Below, in pieces: positions 40,714-49,468 of a stretch of DNA of 64,000 nt. Each line of letters begins with the position of its first letter. The stretch's first letter is position 1. The stretch is from IMG/VR virus record IMGVR_UViG_3300030673_000004, positions 186,001 through 250,000 of that record; one strand, 5' to 3'. The notes beneath the pieces were generated by a model. It did not search any database. It saw only the letters and a list, made by a program, of their open reading frames with translations, and was not told the origin of the DNA. The translations under genes and the position numbers were made by a program.

Positions 40714-43641
40714 ATGACTGACGCTAATTCATCTAGAGTTCGCCAAACATGGCAACGTGGGGAGCAGGCCGAGTTCCGTTTCTCTTTTGTTAACTCTTCC
40801 GGTGATGCTTTAGTTCCTTTGGATGCTAATAAATATCCGAATTATGCTTTTGTATCCCCATCGGGTCTTCAGATACAGACAGGGACAGCTCAAGCTTATG
40901 GCACTCCTGGGCAATATCGTGTTTTATGGACAATTCCTCAAGATAGTGAGTTATCTAATGATGAGATGTCCTGGCAGTTACAAGTAAACTTTGTTACGGC
41001 GCGCCGTTCTCAATTAACACATACCTTTGATTTCTTTGTTGTAGACAAGCAGGTAACAGCTACAGGTCGTAAAGATGTTGTAAACTTAGCTATTCAAGGA
41101 TCACCTCATCGTTTGTTTTGGCGTGGTGATTTTGATCCGGCGGAGATTACATTGGAGTGTTATGCCTCTCCCTACGCAGATAACTCTGATCTAGCCCCAA
41201 TTCCACATGCTGCTGCTCTAAATAAATCAGCTCTGACTAAAGTGATAGATGGTGATAGTATAGTTTACTATTATGAGATCCCCTCATCTGCGTTTACTTT
41301 ATGGGATCCTTTGAACAATCTGTATACTGGTCTGTGGTCTGTTCGTGAGACATCTGTATCTGAACTCCAAGTGGAGTATGATCAGTTTCGTGTCATCAAG
41401 AAGCAGATGGTTCAGTACATACAGTCTATTCGTTTCATGGTGGATAGATTCCAGCATAGGTTAGGTACCCCTCAGCATATTAGTGATGGAGATCTCTGCG
41501 AGGCTCTTACGGAGGGCTTGGGCCTGTTTAACGGTTGGTTCCCTGTATCTAACTACAACTGGACTGACTTTCCTATGCAGTGCTCTACATACTGGATTAT
41601 GCTTTCTACTTGGTGGATGCTGAATTCTCAACATATGCTCCAATCACAGCTCGCATTTTCTTTCTGTGTCACTGAGGATACTTATGTGTCTACAAATCGG
41701 GGTCTTGTGCAAGCTAAGTATTTGCGGCCAGGTGCCCTGGAGCATGATGTTCTAAAACTAGTAGCATCTATTGCTTTTCACCCAGATAGAGAAGCTGTTC
41801 TTACTGGTATTATAGCTAATTCTTCTGACATAAAAGACCAGAAATTAGGGTTATCTGAATTAGTTGCTTCTACAGCACCGGAAGTAGCAAGTAATTCAAT
41901 TTTGAGCATGTTTTCCAACTATGAGTTATCTCAGTTTGCCACTCATGATGAGTGGCGTCGTATCTTAATTGATTGTTCAGATGCTTTGTTTACATTTATT
42001 AATGAAACTCTTCTTGCAAATACCATAATCAGCACAAATGCTAAGTTTGACACAAAATTTAAGCTGCTTACACCTTATGGTAGAGATGTTCCTACTTGTG
42101 TTTGGGACCTTGGTGCAAAGCCTGTCTATAGATTAGAAACAGCGCACGGGTACTCTTTGAAAGCAACAGGAAATCACCCGGTATTAGTTTTAGATAAAGA
42201 ACTTAATGTACAAAACAAGAACTTAGCCGATATCTCTGTGGGTGATGTTGTCGCTATATCTAAGCGTCATGACAGTGCTGACGAGGATTGGGATATTGAT
42301 TTATCGTTTTTGGTGGATGCTGTTAATAGATACACAATTAAAGGTGCTAAAAATTACGAACTTCCCAGAAAAATGACTCCTGCCTTAGCTCGGGTACTCG
42401 GCTACATTACGAGTGAGGGCTATATAAATACTGAGGGGATTATATCTTTCTGTAATATAAATCAAATTTTATTAGATGACTACGTTAAAAACTTCACGGA
42501 ATGCTTTGGTGTTGCTCCGAAGTATAAAGGATTTCAGATAAGTAGTGCTGGAAATAAAGTACACTACTACGAAGAATCAAATCGTAAAATAGCCATGTTT
42601 TTGATTGGGTGCGGAGAGCAATTTAAGCAGGCACCTGACAAAGAAATTCCGTGGTCTATCATGGCAGCACCTCGTAGGTTAGCTCGTGAATTTATTCAAG
42701 CCTTTTTTGAGGGAGATGGGTCTTATACATCATATGATACGTCTAAGCAAAAAGGTAAAACTTTTATGAGCTTTGCATCCTCTAGTACAAAGATGCTAGA
42801 TCAATTTCAAAGCCTGCTGCTTAGATTTGGGATTATTACATCTAAGCATAGATATGCGTCAGCACAAGTTCCGCAAATACATGTACCAAGTTCTGCTATT
42901 GATATCTATGCAGATACCATAGGTTTTTGGTATAAGGGTAGAGATCATAAGCCGCGTGTTCGTTACTATGAGCAAGTAGAAGCATACCCTGAGTTTGTTG
43001 GTACTTATATTAAGTCTCTTTTTTCCGGAGCTAATAAGGGTTGGCATACAGATTCAGAAACAGGTAAAAAGTTTAGAGTGTATTCTGGTTTGACTTTGAA
43101 CGCAACTCAAGCTATTTTTGATAGCCGGTGTCCTACACAGAAAAATCTATTATTCTATTTAGAACAGCGTACAGAGTTGTTAGCTAAGTTAAAGCCTGAC
43201 GTTCTAAAGAAACTTAAGTATTTAGCTGATCTTGACTTTCAGTGGGAATCTGTACACAGTATAGATACACTGGAAACAGAAGAATGCGTTATAGACCCTA
43301 CTCTTCCAGATCGTGATACGGACTTAGCACACCACTTCTATGCTAATGGATTTGTTACCCATAACTCTGGCCAAGCCGTCACGCTAGATTATGATCAGAC
43401 AGGTGCAATTGACTCTGCTATTCAGCGTTTGAGCGAGTGGTTGAATGCACATATTACTCCACAAAAGATTATGATTAGCCGTCAGCGTTCTGGTGTGGGT
43501 AGTTTGGGCATTCGTACTCAGCGTGCTTTTGGTGCATACAACCGTGTTCTCCGGTATGACTCGGCTCGTGGTATTGATTCCAACGTTGGGTTTGAAGGTG
43601 TTCTTAATGCAGCCGCGACTTACGGTATCTTCCTGCCTTAA
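40714..43641 (+). CDS. intein-containing probable virion (neck/adaptor-like) protein; ~408 aa after splicing
   Basis: beta-sandwich-like N-terminus plus helical IRFMVDR...ISDGDL..AL..GL..FN region; exteins rejoin as AFSF/SGQAVTLDYD. Confidence 0.65.
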   Translation: MTDANSSRVRQTWQRGEQAEFRFSFVNSSGDALVPLDANKYPNYAFVSPSGLQIQTGTAQAYGTPGQYRVLWTIPQDSELSNDEMSWQLQVNFVTARRSQLTHTFDFFVVDKQVTATGRKDVVNLAIQGSPHRLFWRGDFDPAEITLECYASPYADNSDLAPIPHAAALNKSALTKVIDGDSIVYYYEIPSSAFTLWDPLNNLYTGLWSVRETSVSELQVEYDQFRVIKKQMVQYIQSIRFMVDRFQHRLGTPQHISDGDLCEALTEGLGLFNGWFPVSNYNWTDFPMQCSTYWIMLSTWWMLNSQHMLQSQLAFSFCVTEDTYVSTNRGLVQAKYLRPGALEHDVLKLVASIAFHPDREAVLTGIIANSSDIKDQKLGLSELVASTAPEVASNSILSMFSNYELSQFATHDEWRRILIDCSDALFTFINETLLANTIISTNAKFDTKFKLLTPYGRDVPTCVWDLGAKPVYRLETAHGYSLKATGNHPVLVLDKELNVQNKNLADISVGDVVAISKRHDSADEDWDIDLSFLVDAVNRYTIKGAKNYELPRKMTPALARVLGYITSEGYINTEGIISFCNINQILLDDYVKNFTECFGVAPKYKGFQISSAGNKVHYYEESNRKIAMFLIGCGEQFKQAPDKEIPWSIMAAPRRLAREFIQAFFEGDGSYTSYDTSKQKGKTFMSFASSSTKMLDQFQSLLLRFGIITSKHRYASAQVPQIHVPSSAIDIYADTIGFWYKGRDHKPRVRYYEQVEAYPEFVGTYIKSLFSGANKGWHTDSETGKKFRVYSGLTLNATQAIFDSRCPTQKNLLFYLEQRTELLAKLKPDVLKKLKYLADLDFQWESVHSIDTLETEECVIDPTLPDRDTDLAHHFYANGFVTHNSGQAVTLDYDQTGAIDSAIQRLSEWLNAHITPQKIMISRQRSGVGSLGIRTQRAFGAYNRVLRYDSARGIDSNVGFEGVLNAAATYGIFLP
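41665..43365 (+). mobile_element. intein with LAGLIDADG homing endonuclease (C318-N884, 567 aa)
   Basis: block A CVTEDTYV, block B LKATGNHPV, LARVLGYITSEG and FIQAFFEGDGS, block G FYANGFVTHN/S. Confidence 0.93.
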
Positions 43642-43646
43642 TACTA

Positions 43647-44095
43647 TGACAAATACAAATACCATATCTTCTGTTTTATCTTTGTTCGCTGTAGATCATG
43701 TTGTAATTGCTGCTGAACAAAAGCCTATAACAGAAGAGATATATGCACATTATTATAAGCTATCAGGACCGCAGAGAGATATTTTTGGCTGTAGACGACA
43801 GTTCTGGAATATAAAATTTCGGTTACCTAGCATAGGTGTATGCACAGTATCCGGTAGTTCATCGCCTATTAAATTTGAGGCTACACTAGCCTGTGATGGC
43901 GCACAGGATCGTCATTTTATACTTACAAATAAACAAATAATTAGACCATTTACAACAGATGTTCTTATTGTAAATGATGATGTAATAGCAAAGATCAAAG
44001 CTGTTATTGCTCACCCAAGTGAGCTTGCAAACGATATTCTAATAACACCTGGTGCTGAAGCACACTTTATACACGACTTAATAGAAAAGTTCTGA
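43647..44095 (+). CDS. hypothetical protein with shared N-terminal motif
   Basis: MTNTNTISSVLSLFAVDHVVIAAE; start moved to the ATG after the upstream stop. Confidence 0.65.
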
Positions 44096-44105
44096 GGAGT
44101 TACCT

Positions 44106-44540
44106 ATGATTCGCGTTCCAACTGATCTTCCATACCACAGTATCGCCATAGCCGATGCTAATGACCCTATGGCACCTGCTAAATCTGGTGAGCCGACACA
44201 GAGTGGTACAATGGCTGCTCCTGTTAAGGATGCTGCTCCTCCTGTTGATGAAAACGGCCCTGAGCCGCAGAGCGCACCTTTACCAAATGCTGATGCTCCT
44301 AGGGCGCAGGGGTTCGGTGTTCCTGATAGCCAAACGGCAGATACCGCTCCGGGACTTACTGATATTGAGTTTGCAGAACTCAAATCTATCTTTGAGAATC
44401 TACAGAAAACTTCGGTTACCCGAGGTAAAGACGCGAAACAAGTCTACAAAGAAGTCGCTAAAGCTATCTGGCAGAAGTATGCTAAAAAGATATCGGCATC
44501 ACAGCGTTCTGAGTTTAATAAACTGCCACCGATACGCTAG
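44106..44540 (+). CDS. Pro/Ala-rich hypothetical protein
   Basis: GAGGAG RBS; LPYHSIAIA. Confidence 0.7.
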   Translation: MIRVPTDLPYHSIAIADANDPMAPAKSGEPTQSGTMAAPVKDAAPPVDENGPEPQSAPLPNADAPRAQGFGVPDSQTADTAPGLTDIEFAELKSIFENLQKTSVTRGKDAKQVYKEVAKAIWQKYAKKISASQRSEFNKLPPIR

Positions 44541-44684
44541 CTAATATTTCTTTCAAGCATTCTTGAGCCTACCTGAACGTATGCAGTATTCTGTGTACGT
44601 TTTTCTTTTGGTTCCTGCTCATCCTCGGCTTGTTGTTCTTCGCGTTGTTCTGCTTTTTTAATTTTGATCAGTCGCATTTAATCT

Positions 44685-45287
44685 TTAGTTGATTAGATCA
44701 CATAACATGTTTTCATAATTTTCGTCTGTCTCATCCTGCGAAATGGCTCTATCATACTCCCTCAGTAACACATCAATGCCATTCAGGGCAAAGTTTACTT
44801 CTCTGGCCTTGCCATAGCGCAGGCAATCTAGTAGGCTTAACCATATATACAAATCAGGACTGCGCGTAGCTACGATTGGCACAGTTTTGAACAGAGGCTC
44901 AACGCTTATGCCTGTTATTCTTGCAGGTACTTCTGTTTCTACTGCATATTCCCACACAATAGGTGTGCCTGATACTATATGTGATAGATCTGCTATGGTG
45001 CTCTGTGACCATGCTGTAGGTAGGCCAAGAACTGAGTTCTCAGTGACCGCGCCAGGATAGACATAGGGAACAGCTCTTAGTACGTCTTTCGTGTTGCTTG
45101 AGAATACTCGTCCTGTTACTTTAGATACCAAGTGACCCGTAAGTAACCGTTCCAGGCTTTCAAGTAATTCTATTTCTGTTGTGGCACAGTAGTAGATAGC
45201 TTCTGCTTTATCGCCATGGCTTGTAGGCTCTGTTCCTCCTGACGTAATAAGGTAGCCCAAAAGCCCGAGGTCTTGAGGTTGCAGCAT
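44685..45287 (-). CDS. wHTH protein resembling type IV TA (AbiEi-like) antitoxins
   Basis: MLQPQD..LL, YVYP...GLPTA, VEPLFKTVP, LY.WLSLLDCLRYGKARE; ATG 6 nt after a -10 box. Confidence 0.55.
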   Translation of the reverse strand: MLQPQDLGLLGYLITSGGTEPTSHGDKAEAIYYCATTEIELLESLERLLTGHLVSKVTGRVFSSNTKDVLRAVPYVYPGAVTENSVLGLPTAWSQSTIADLSHIVSGTPIVWEYAVETEVPARITGISVEPLFKTVPIVATRSPDLYIWLSLLDCLRYGKAREVNFALNGIDVLLREYDRAISQDETDENYENMLCDLIN

Positions 45288-45335
45288 ACTTTGAATATAC
45301 AGTAAACAGAGCCTTTTGTCAATTAACTTCTTAGT

Positions 45336-45725
45336 ATGAAAGATGCAACACAGCTTACGCTTCGTATCACGAGCCGACTTCGTGTTAATCTTATGTTTTG
45401 GTGGGCTGGTCAATGTGTTATTACACCAACTATCATAGCTTTTTTAATAACACATACATTTATGCTTGCCTGGTTACGTTTTAGCGTATCTGTCACCTAT
45501 GATCCTGCTCGGGATAGTGTCCCAGCAGCTAAGAAAACATATGAAAAGCTTTTCATTCTAGGTAACAGACTTCGTGTTTTATTAGAACATCGCGGTGATT
45601 CAACCTATAGAACCGTGATACCCGCTTTGTTTTACATTCCTTTGGATACATATGCGCAAGATTGGACATTTAGCTGGTTGACATCCGGAATAACTCTACG
45701 AATTAGGTGTAAGTACCATGAGTAG
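45336..45725 (+). CDS. hypothetical membrane protein
   Basis: ORF with a hydrophobic segment, overlaps the next gene. Confidence 0.5.
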   Translation: MKDATQLTLRITSRLRVNLMFWWAGQCVITPTIIAFLITHTFMLAWLRFSVSVTYDPARDSVPAAKKTYEKLFILGNRLRVLLEHRGDSTYRTVIPALFYIPLDTYAQDWTFSWLTSGITLRIRCKYHE

Positions 45726-47340
45726 TACTGCTGCTGTGTCTAGTATTTTATCTAAGCATAATGTACCTTATATTGTTGCTTATGCCACTGAAATGTCTAA
45801 GATACGTGACATTTCGGTTGCTGGCCCTTCCGAGTATGCCTCCAATACAACATCCCTTATCTCTGTGCTGCATACTTGCTGTGTTCCTCATATTTGTGTT
45901 GAGGCTAAGTATAGTAGGGAGAATGATTTCCTTCGTGGTGCTTTGGCAGAGAGAGACCTAAAGCATGATGTATATCTTATTCATGAGTGGGGTCCTGCTG
46001 CTCTTTATTTTAAGTACTGTCAAGATAACAATAAAGCTGAGTATCAAAAACTTGTAGATGCTTCTGGTACTGCATCTCCAGATAGAAATGATCTGTTTGA
46101 TGCAATTTTAGAAGATAAGTATGTGCCTTCCCCTGGTGCTGTTGAGGAGTTTCTTAAGAATACATCGGAAGATCGCTTGCGGCAAGCGATCCGGGAAGAT
46201 GACGAAAGTGATTCATCTGTAAATTTTAGTTTGAATAATCACGGTAAGCTTCTCCCTAGAAACACATGGGTAGGTCACTTCTGCTCAGATGCTCGTTCTA
46301 TTGCATCTCATGGTTTTATGCATGGTGAACCTGACGCTTACTCCTTAGGATTAACAAGACTCAAGTCAGATGAGGCTCGATATGGACATACTGGGTATAA
46401 TTTTGGCTTTGATGTTAAGACTATGCGCAAGAATTGGCAGCGAGGTGTTGCAAAATATGGCAAGGAGCTTGTATTATTTCAAACTTCAGGTGTGTCTGCT
46501 TATCACTCTGGTGATGAGGAGGACCAAATCATATTCTGGGGTCCTCATATAGAGTGGGTTGTGCCTATTGTTCCAGCTCCTGTAGAGAATTACGAGTATC
46601 AGTCTGATGACGATTATGCCGTACTCGCAACTGATGGTTCGTATGCTTTTCGCACGTCATCCGAAGTGCCTAATTCTGCTACTTATGGATTTAATGCTGA
46701 AAAGAATTGCCGTGCTTGTGTCGAGTGGGTTGTTAAAAATATCAATGCTTATCGCAAGTCACTTATTTGGTACCTACCGAAGAATACTGCGAATACTGCG
46801 ACTGACTCAGGTTCTGCCCTGGCTTCTAACGATATGCTACATAATTCTATTGGGATTACTGCGGCTAATCACAGGATCCCCTCTTTAGAGGATCTAGACG
46901 AGGCAGAGCTGGCAGAGTTTGAACGGTGGTCGCTTGCTGGGTTGATTAGAGATGAAGTAGGAAAGCCGCTTTTACTGTTTCACGGTGGGGACGAAGAACT
47001 GCGCGACGATGATTGGTGGACACCGGATCTTAGAAATACTCGTGAGTTCGGACACATTACGCACTGTGCCTACTTGCGCATGAATAATCCCGCACATGAA
47101 GAAGACTTAGTTGCTATATACAATGAGTTGTTTGCTACAGAGTATGACTGGGACGATTTATTAGATGTGATGGATACAACGCCTGCCGATTTTCTAGAGC
47201 AGAATCAGTTATACTTTGAGGCTGTCCGCAAAAATCATGATGGCTTTATCATTTTTGATAATTCCCTAGAGCACCCAGGACTGGCATACCGTGTGTTTGA
47301 TGTAGACACAGATGCTTGGGTCTTGGGTACAGTTTCTTAG
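45718..47340 (+). CDS. polyprotein with putative ADP-ribosyltransferase-fold domain(s)
   Basis: two copies of the shared N-terminal motif; RDEVGKPLLLFHGG...WWT...AYLRMNNP...HDGFII resembles ART-PolyVal. Confidence 0.55.
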   Translation: MSSTAAVSSILSKHNVPYIVAYATEMSKIRDISVAGPSEYASNTTSLISVLHTCCVPHICVEAKYSRENDFLRGALAERDLKHDVYLIHEWGPAALYFKYCQDNNKAEYQKLVDASGTASPDRNDLFDAILEDKYVPSPGAVEEFLKNTSEDRLRQAIREDDESDSSVNFSLNNHGKLLPRNTWVGHFCSDARSIASHGFMHGEPDAYSLGLTRLKSDEARYGHTGYNFGFDVKTMRKNWQRGVAKYGKELVLFQTSGVSAYHSGDEEDQIIFWGPHIEWVVPIVPAPVENYEYQSDDDYAVLATDGSYAFRTSSEVPNSATYGFNAEKNCRACVEWVVKNINAYRKSLIWYLPKNTANTATDSGSALASNDMLHNSIGITAANHRIPSLEDLDEAELAEFERWSLAGLIRDEVGKPLLLFHGGDEELRDDDWWTPDLRNTREFGHITHCAYLRMNNPAHEEDLVAIYNELFATEYDWDDLLDVMDTTPADFLEQNQLYFEAVRKNHDGFIIFDNSLEHPGLAYRVFDVDTDAWVLGTVS

Positions 47341-47819
47341 CTAAGCAGTTCAGAGAGCAGCTTGTTGACAAACTTCATGTCGGCCTTGCCCTTGAGTTGC
47401 GGACCAAGTTCCTCCATGACAGCGCCCTTGAGTTGCGGACCAAGTTCCTTCATGACAGCACCCATCAGTTTCTTGTTCTTCTCCATTCCTGCGAACAGAT
47501 TGTCCACAGTAGCAACAACCAAAGCACGAACAGCTTCTTCAGACATCTGCTGAGGAAGAAATTCCTTGAGTACGCTGATCTGGTAAGCTTCCTGTTCTGC
47601 CAAATCAGTACGACCTGCAGCGGTGTACTGACTAAGAGAATCTTCGCGCTGCTTGACGCCCTTAATCAGGGCATTCATTACATCATCCCTGTTGACATCC
47701 TTGCGGCATATTCCCTTGATCTCGCTGATGAGTGTACGCAGAATAAGGACACGGGCTGTATCCTTATTCTTAGCCGCGTTGATCATTTCTTCATAGATAG
47801 TATTAAACAACGTCTTCAC
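47337..47819 (-). CDS. GatB/YqeY domain protein
   Basis: AAKNKD...LRTL, KQREDS..QY..AGRTDLAEQE, EFLPQQMSEE, MGAVM..L..QLKGKAD. Confidence 0.9.
   Translation of the reverse strand: MKTLFNTIYEEMINAAKNKDTARVLILRTLISEIKGICRKDVNRDDVMNALIKGVKQREDSLSQYTAAGRTDLAEQEAYQISVLKEFLPQQMSEEAVRALVVATVDNLFAGMEKNKKLMGAVMKELGPQLKGAVMEELGPQLKGKADMKFVNKLLSELLS
47388..47459. repeat. 36-bp in-frame tandem duplication in the YqeY gene
   Basis: GCCCTTGAGTTGCGGACCAAGTTCCT(C/T)CATGACAGC x2, one mismatch. Confidence 0.9.
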
Positions 47820-47871
47820 TTACTTTCTCCTTTGGCTCTGACTTGGTTTATTGATACAACTTGGCTAAACG

Positions 47872-48078
47872 TTAAATTCCGAAGGCGCTGATACATGCCT
47901 CGTCCCGTGTCGGGCTGATGTCACTACTCCGCACGTAAAGCTCACCGAAGTAACTGCACGAGCAGTTACCATAATCGTCAATGTGCATATGTGGGCACCC
48001 CATGCTACACTTGATGGGCTCTGTTTCGTGAACAAAGATGGTGACACTTAGCGTTCCTGTGATTTTGTGAGATGCCAT
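47872..48078 (-). CDS. small Cys-rich hypothetical protein
   Basis: ORF with GAGGA RBS. Confidence 0.5.
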   Translation of the reverse strand: MASHKITGTLSVTIFVHETEPIKCSMGCPHMHIDDYGNCSCSYFGELYVRSSDISPTRDEACISAFGI

Positions 48079-48514
48079 AGGTACTTCCTCTTCTATATAG
48101 GTGTTCTGCTTTTACAGATTGTTCCACTGCTTTTTGATCCTTTTCGTAGTTTTTCATGTATTCTTGAATACTCGGGTACTGTTTTACTACATCTTGAATA
48201 AAAGATAAGCTTCCATGGAGGTATAGATCATCTTCACTACAGTGAACATCACTCCTACCCACAATAGCATTGTAATAAGGCGTAGGTACCGGTGCCCAAT
48301 CAGTTCCTGGTAGAGTAATACCAAACAAAGTTTTTCGGCACTCATACTCAAGATGACAGTCAAAGTTAGGTCCAACTGTTCTGTACTTAGTTGGGCCTAG
48401 GATGATCTTGTCCTGCCCAAATAAGAGCAGTAACAGGATGAACAGAGCTGTTAAGCTGCCCAACGTCACACAGGCCGCAAGTACACCCAGGAAGACAAGT
48501 AGTACATTATGCAT
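48005..48514 (-). CDS. membrane-anchored hypothetical protein
   Basis: N-terminal hydrophobic helix; AAGGA RBS. Confidence 0.6.
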   Translation of the reverse strand: MHNVLLVFLGVLAACVTLGSLTALFILLLLLFGQDKIILGPTKYRTVGPNFDCHLEYECRKTLFGITLPGTDWAPVPTPYYNAIVGRSDVHCSEDDLYLHGSLSFIQDVVKQYPSIQEYMKNYEKDQKAVEQSVKAEHLYRRGSTYGISQNHRNAKCHHLCSRNRAHQV

Positions 48515-48536
48515 TATATTTCCTTTACTCTTACTT

Positions 48537-48746
48537 TTAGTCTAGCTTAGCTCCGCAAATTGGACAGAACTTGAACGGCATATAGATAGTGCTTGTCCAT
48601 CCATCACTTAAGGAAAGTTCTACCTTACCCGAGGAAGAATCTCGTCCAAAGCTGGCGGCTCCCGAAATTTCACCTTGCCCGATAGTGCCAAAGAATCTTT
48701 CTCTGACGCTATCCTCAAAAGTACAACCAAGTGTGTGCTGCATCAT
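48537..48746 (-). CDS. small zinc-ribbon hypothetical protein
   Basis: FKFCPICGAKL; promoter at 48790-48818. Confidence 0.6.
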   Translation of the reverse strand: MMQHTLGCTFEDSVRERFFGTIGQGEISGAASFGRDSSSGKVELSLSDGWTSTIYMPFKFCPICGAKLD

Positions 48747-48840
48747 ATTACTTCTCTCTGTTGCTATCTCTGTATGAAGACTTCTTGTAAATATACGTTA
48801 ACTTTGTAGTCTTGTCAACTTAAACCACGCAGTGTAAATT

Positions 48841-49308
48841 ATGCATATGCCAAAATATCTGACCATCTATATAGACATGGATGATACTCTGTTTGACTTT
48901 ACAGGGGCCTACCGTCAAGCTCTAGAGGATAATCCGGCACAACCCTTTCCTCAGTCACAGATAGGATTCTTTCTGGGACTTCGACCGATCACTGGAGCGC
49001 TACAGGCTTATGACACTCTTAGAGAGCAAGGCCACCGTGTCTTGTTCTTAACTGCTCCATCTGTGCGTAATCCCATGTGCTACACAGAAAAGCGGATGAG
49101 CATAGAGCGTCACTTCGGCTTTGATGCTTGTACAGACCTAATAATTGCTCACGACAAAAGCTTGTTACGCGGGGACATTCTTGTGGATGATAAATGCGAC
49201 TCTAATAAGCAGACCGAGTTCCATGGGTATCTCCTAAACTTCGGTTCGTTGCAGTACCCAGACTGGACTAGTGTACTGCGGGGGATCTCGGGGATCGCTA
49301 ACCTGTAG
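48841..49308 (+). CDS. HAD-family 5'(3')-deoxyribonucleotidase (NT5C-like)
   Basis: IYIDMDDTL, FLTAPS, EKR, DKSLLRGDILVDD. Confidence 0.9.
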   Translation: MHMPKYLTIYIDMDDTLFDFTGAYRQALEDNPAQPFPQSQIGFFLGLRPITGALQAYDTLREQGHRVLFLTAPSVRNPMCYTEKRMSIERHFGFDACTDLIIAHDKSLLRGDILVDDKCDSNKQTEFHGYLLNFGSLQYPDWTSVLRGISGIANL

Positions 49309-49347
49309 TTCCACGTCAATGCCGGTAGGTTAGCGATGACTATTTTT
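49294..49347 (+). terminator. hairpin insulating the CRISPR locus from the upstream gene
   Basis: ATCGCTAACCT(49294-49304) and AGGTTAGCGAT(49327-49337), then a T-rich run. Confidence 0.5.
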
Positions 49348-49366
49348 GGAAATTTTTGAGTTTATC

Positions 49367-49468
49367 TTGACATTTTTGGCTTTGCTTGTATATTTCGTAA
49401 TACGAAGCAGTTGGTTAGCGAATTACCTCCTGTTCGCTCTTTGACAGTGTGTGTTTGTACCTAGTGCG
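49367..49468 (+). promoter_or_regulatory. CRISPR promoter and leader
   Basis: TTGACA(49367-49372)-N16-TATATT(49389-49394), next to the most conserved repeats. Confidence 0.7.
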
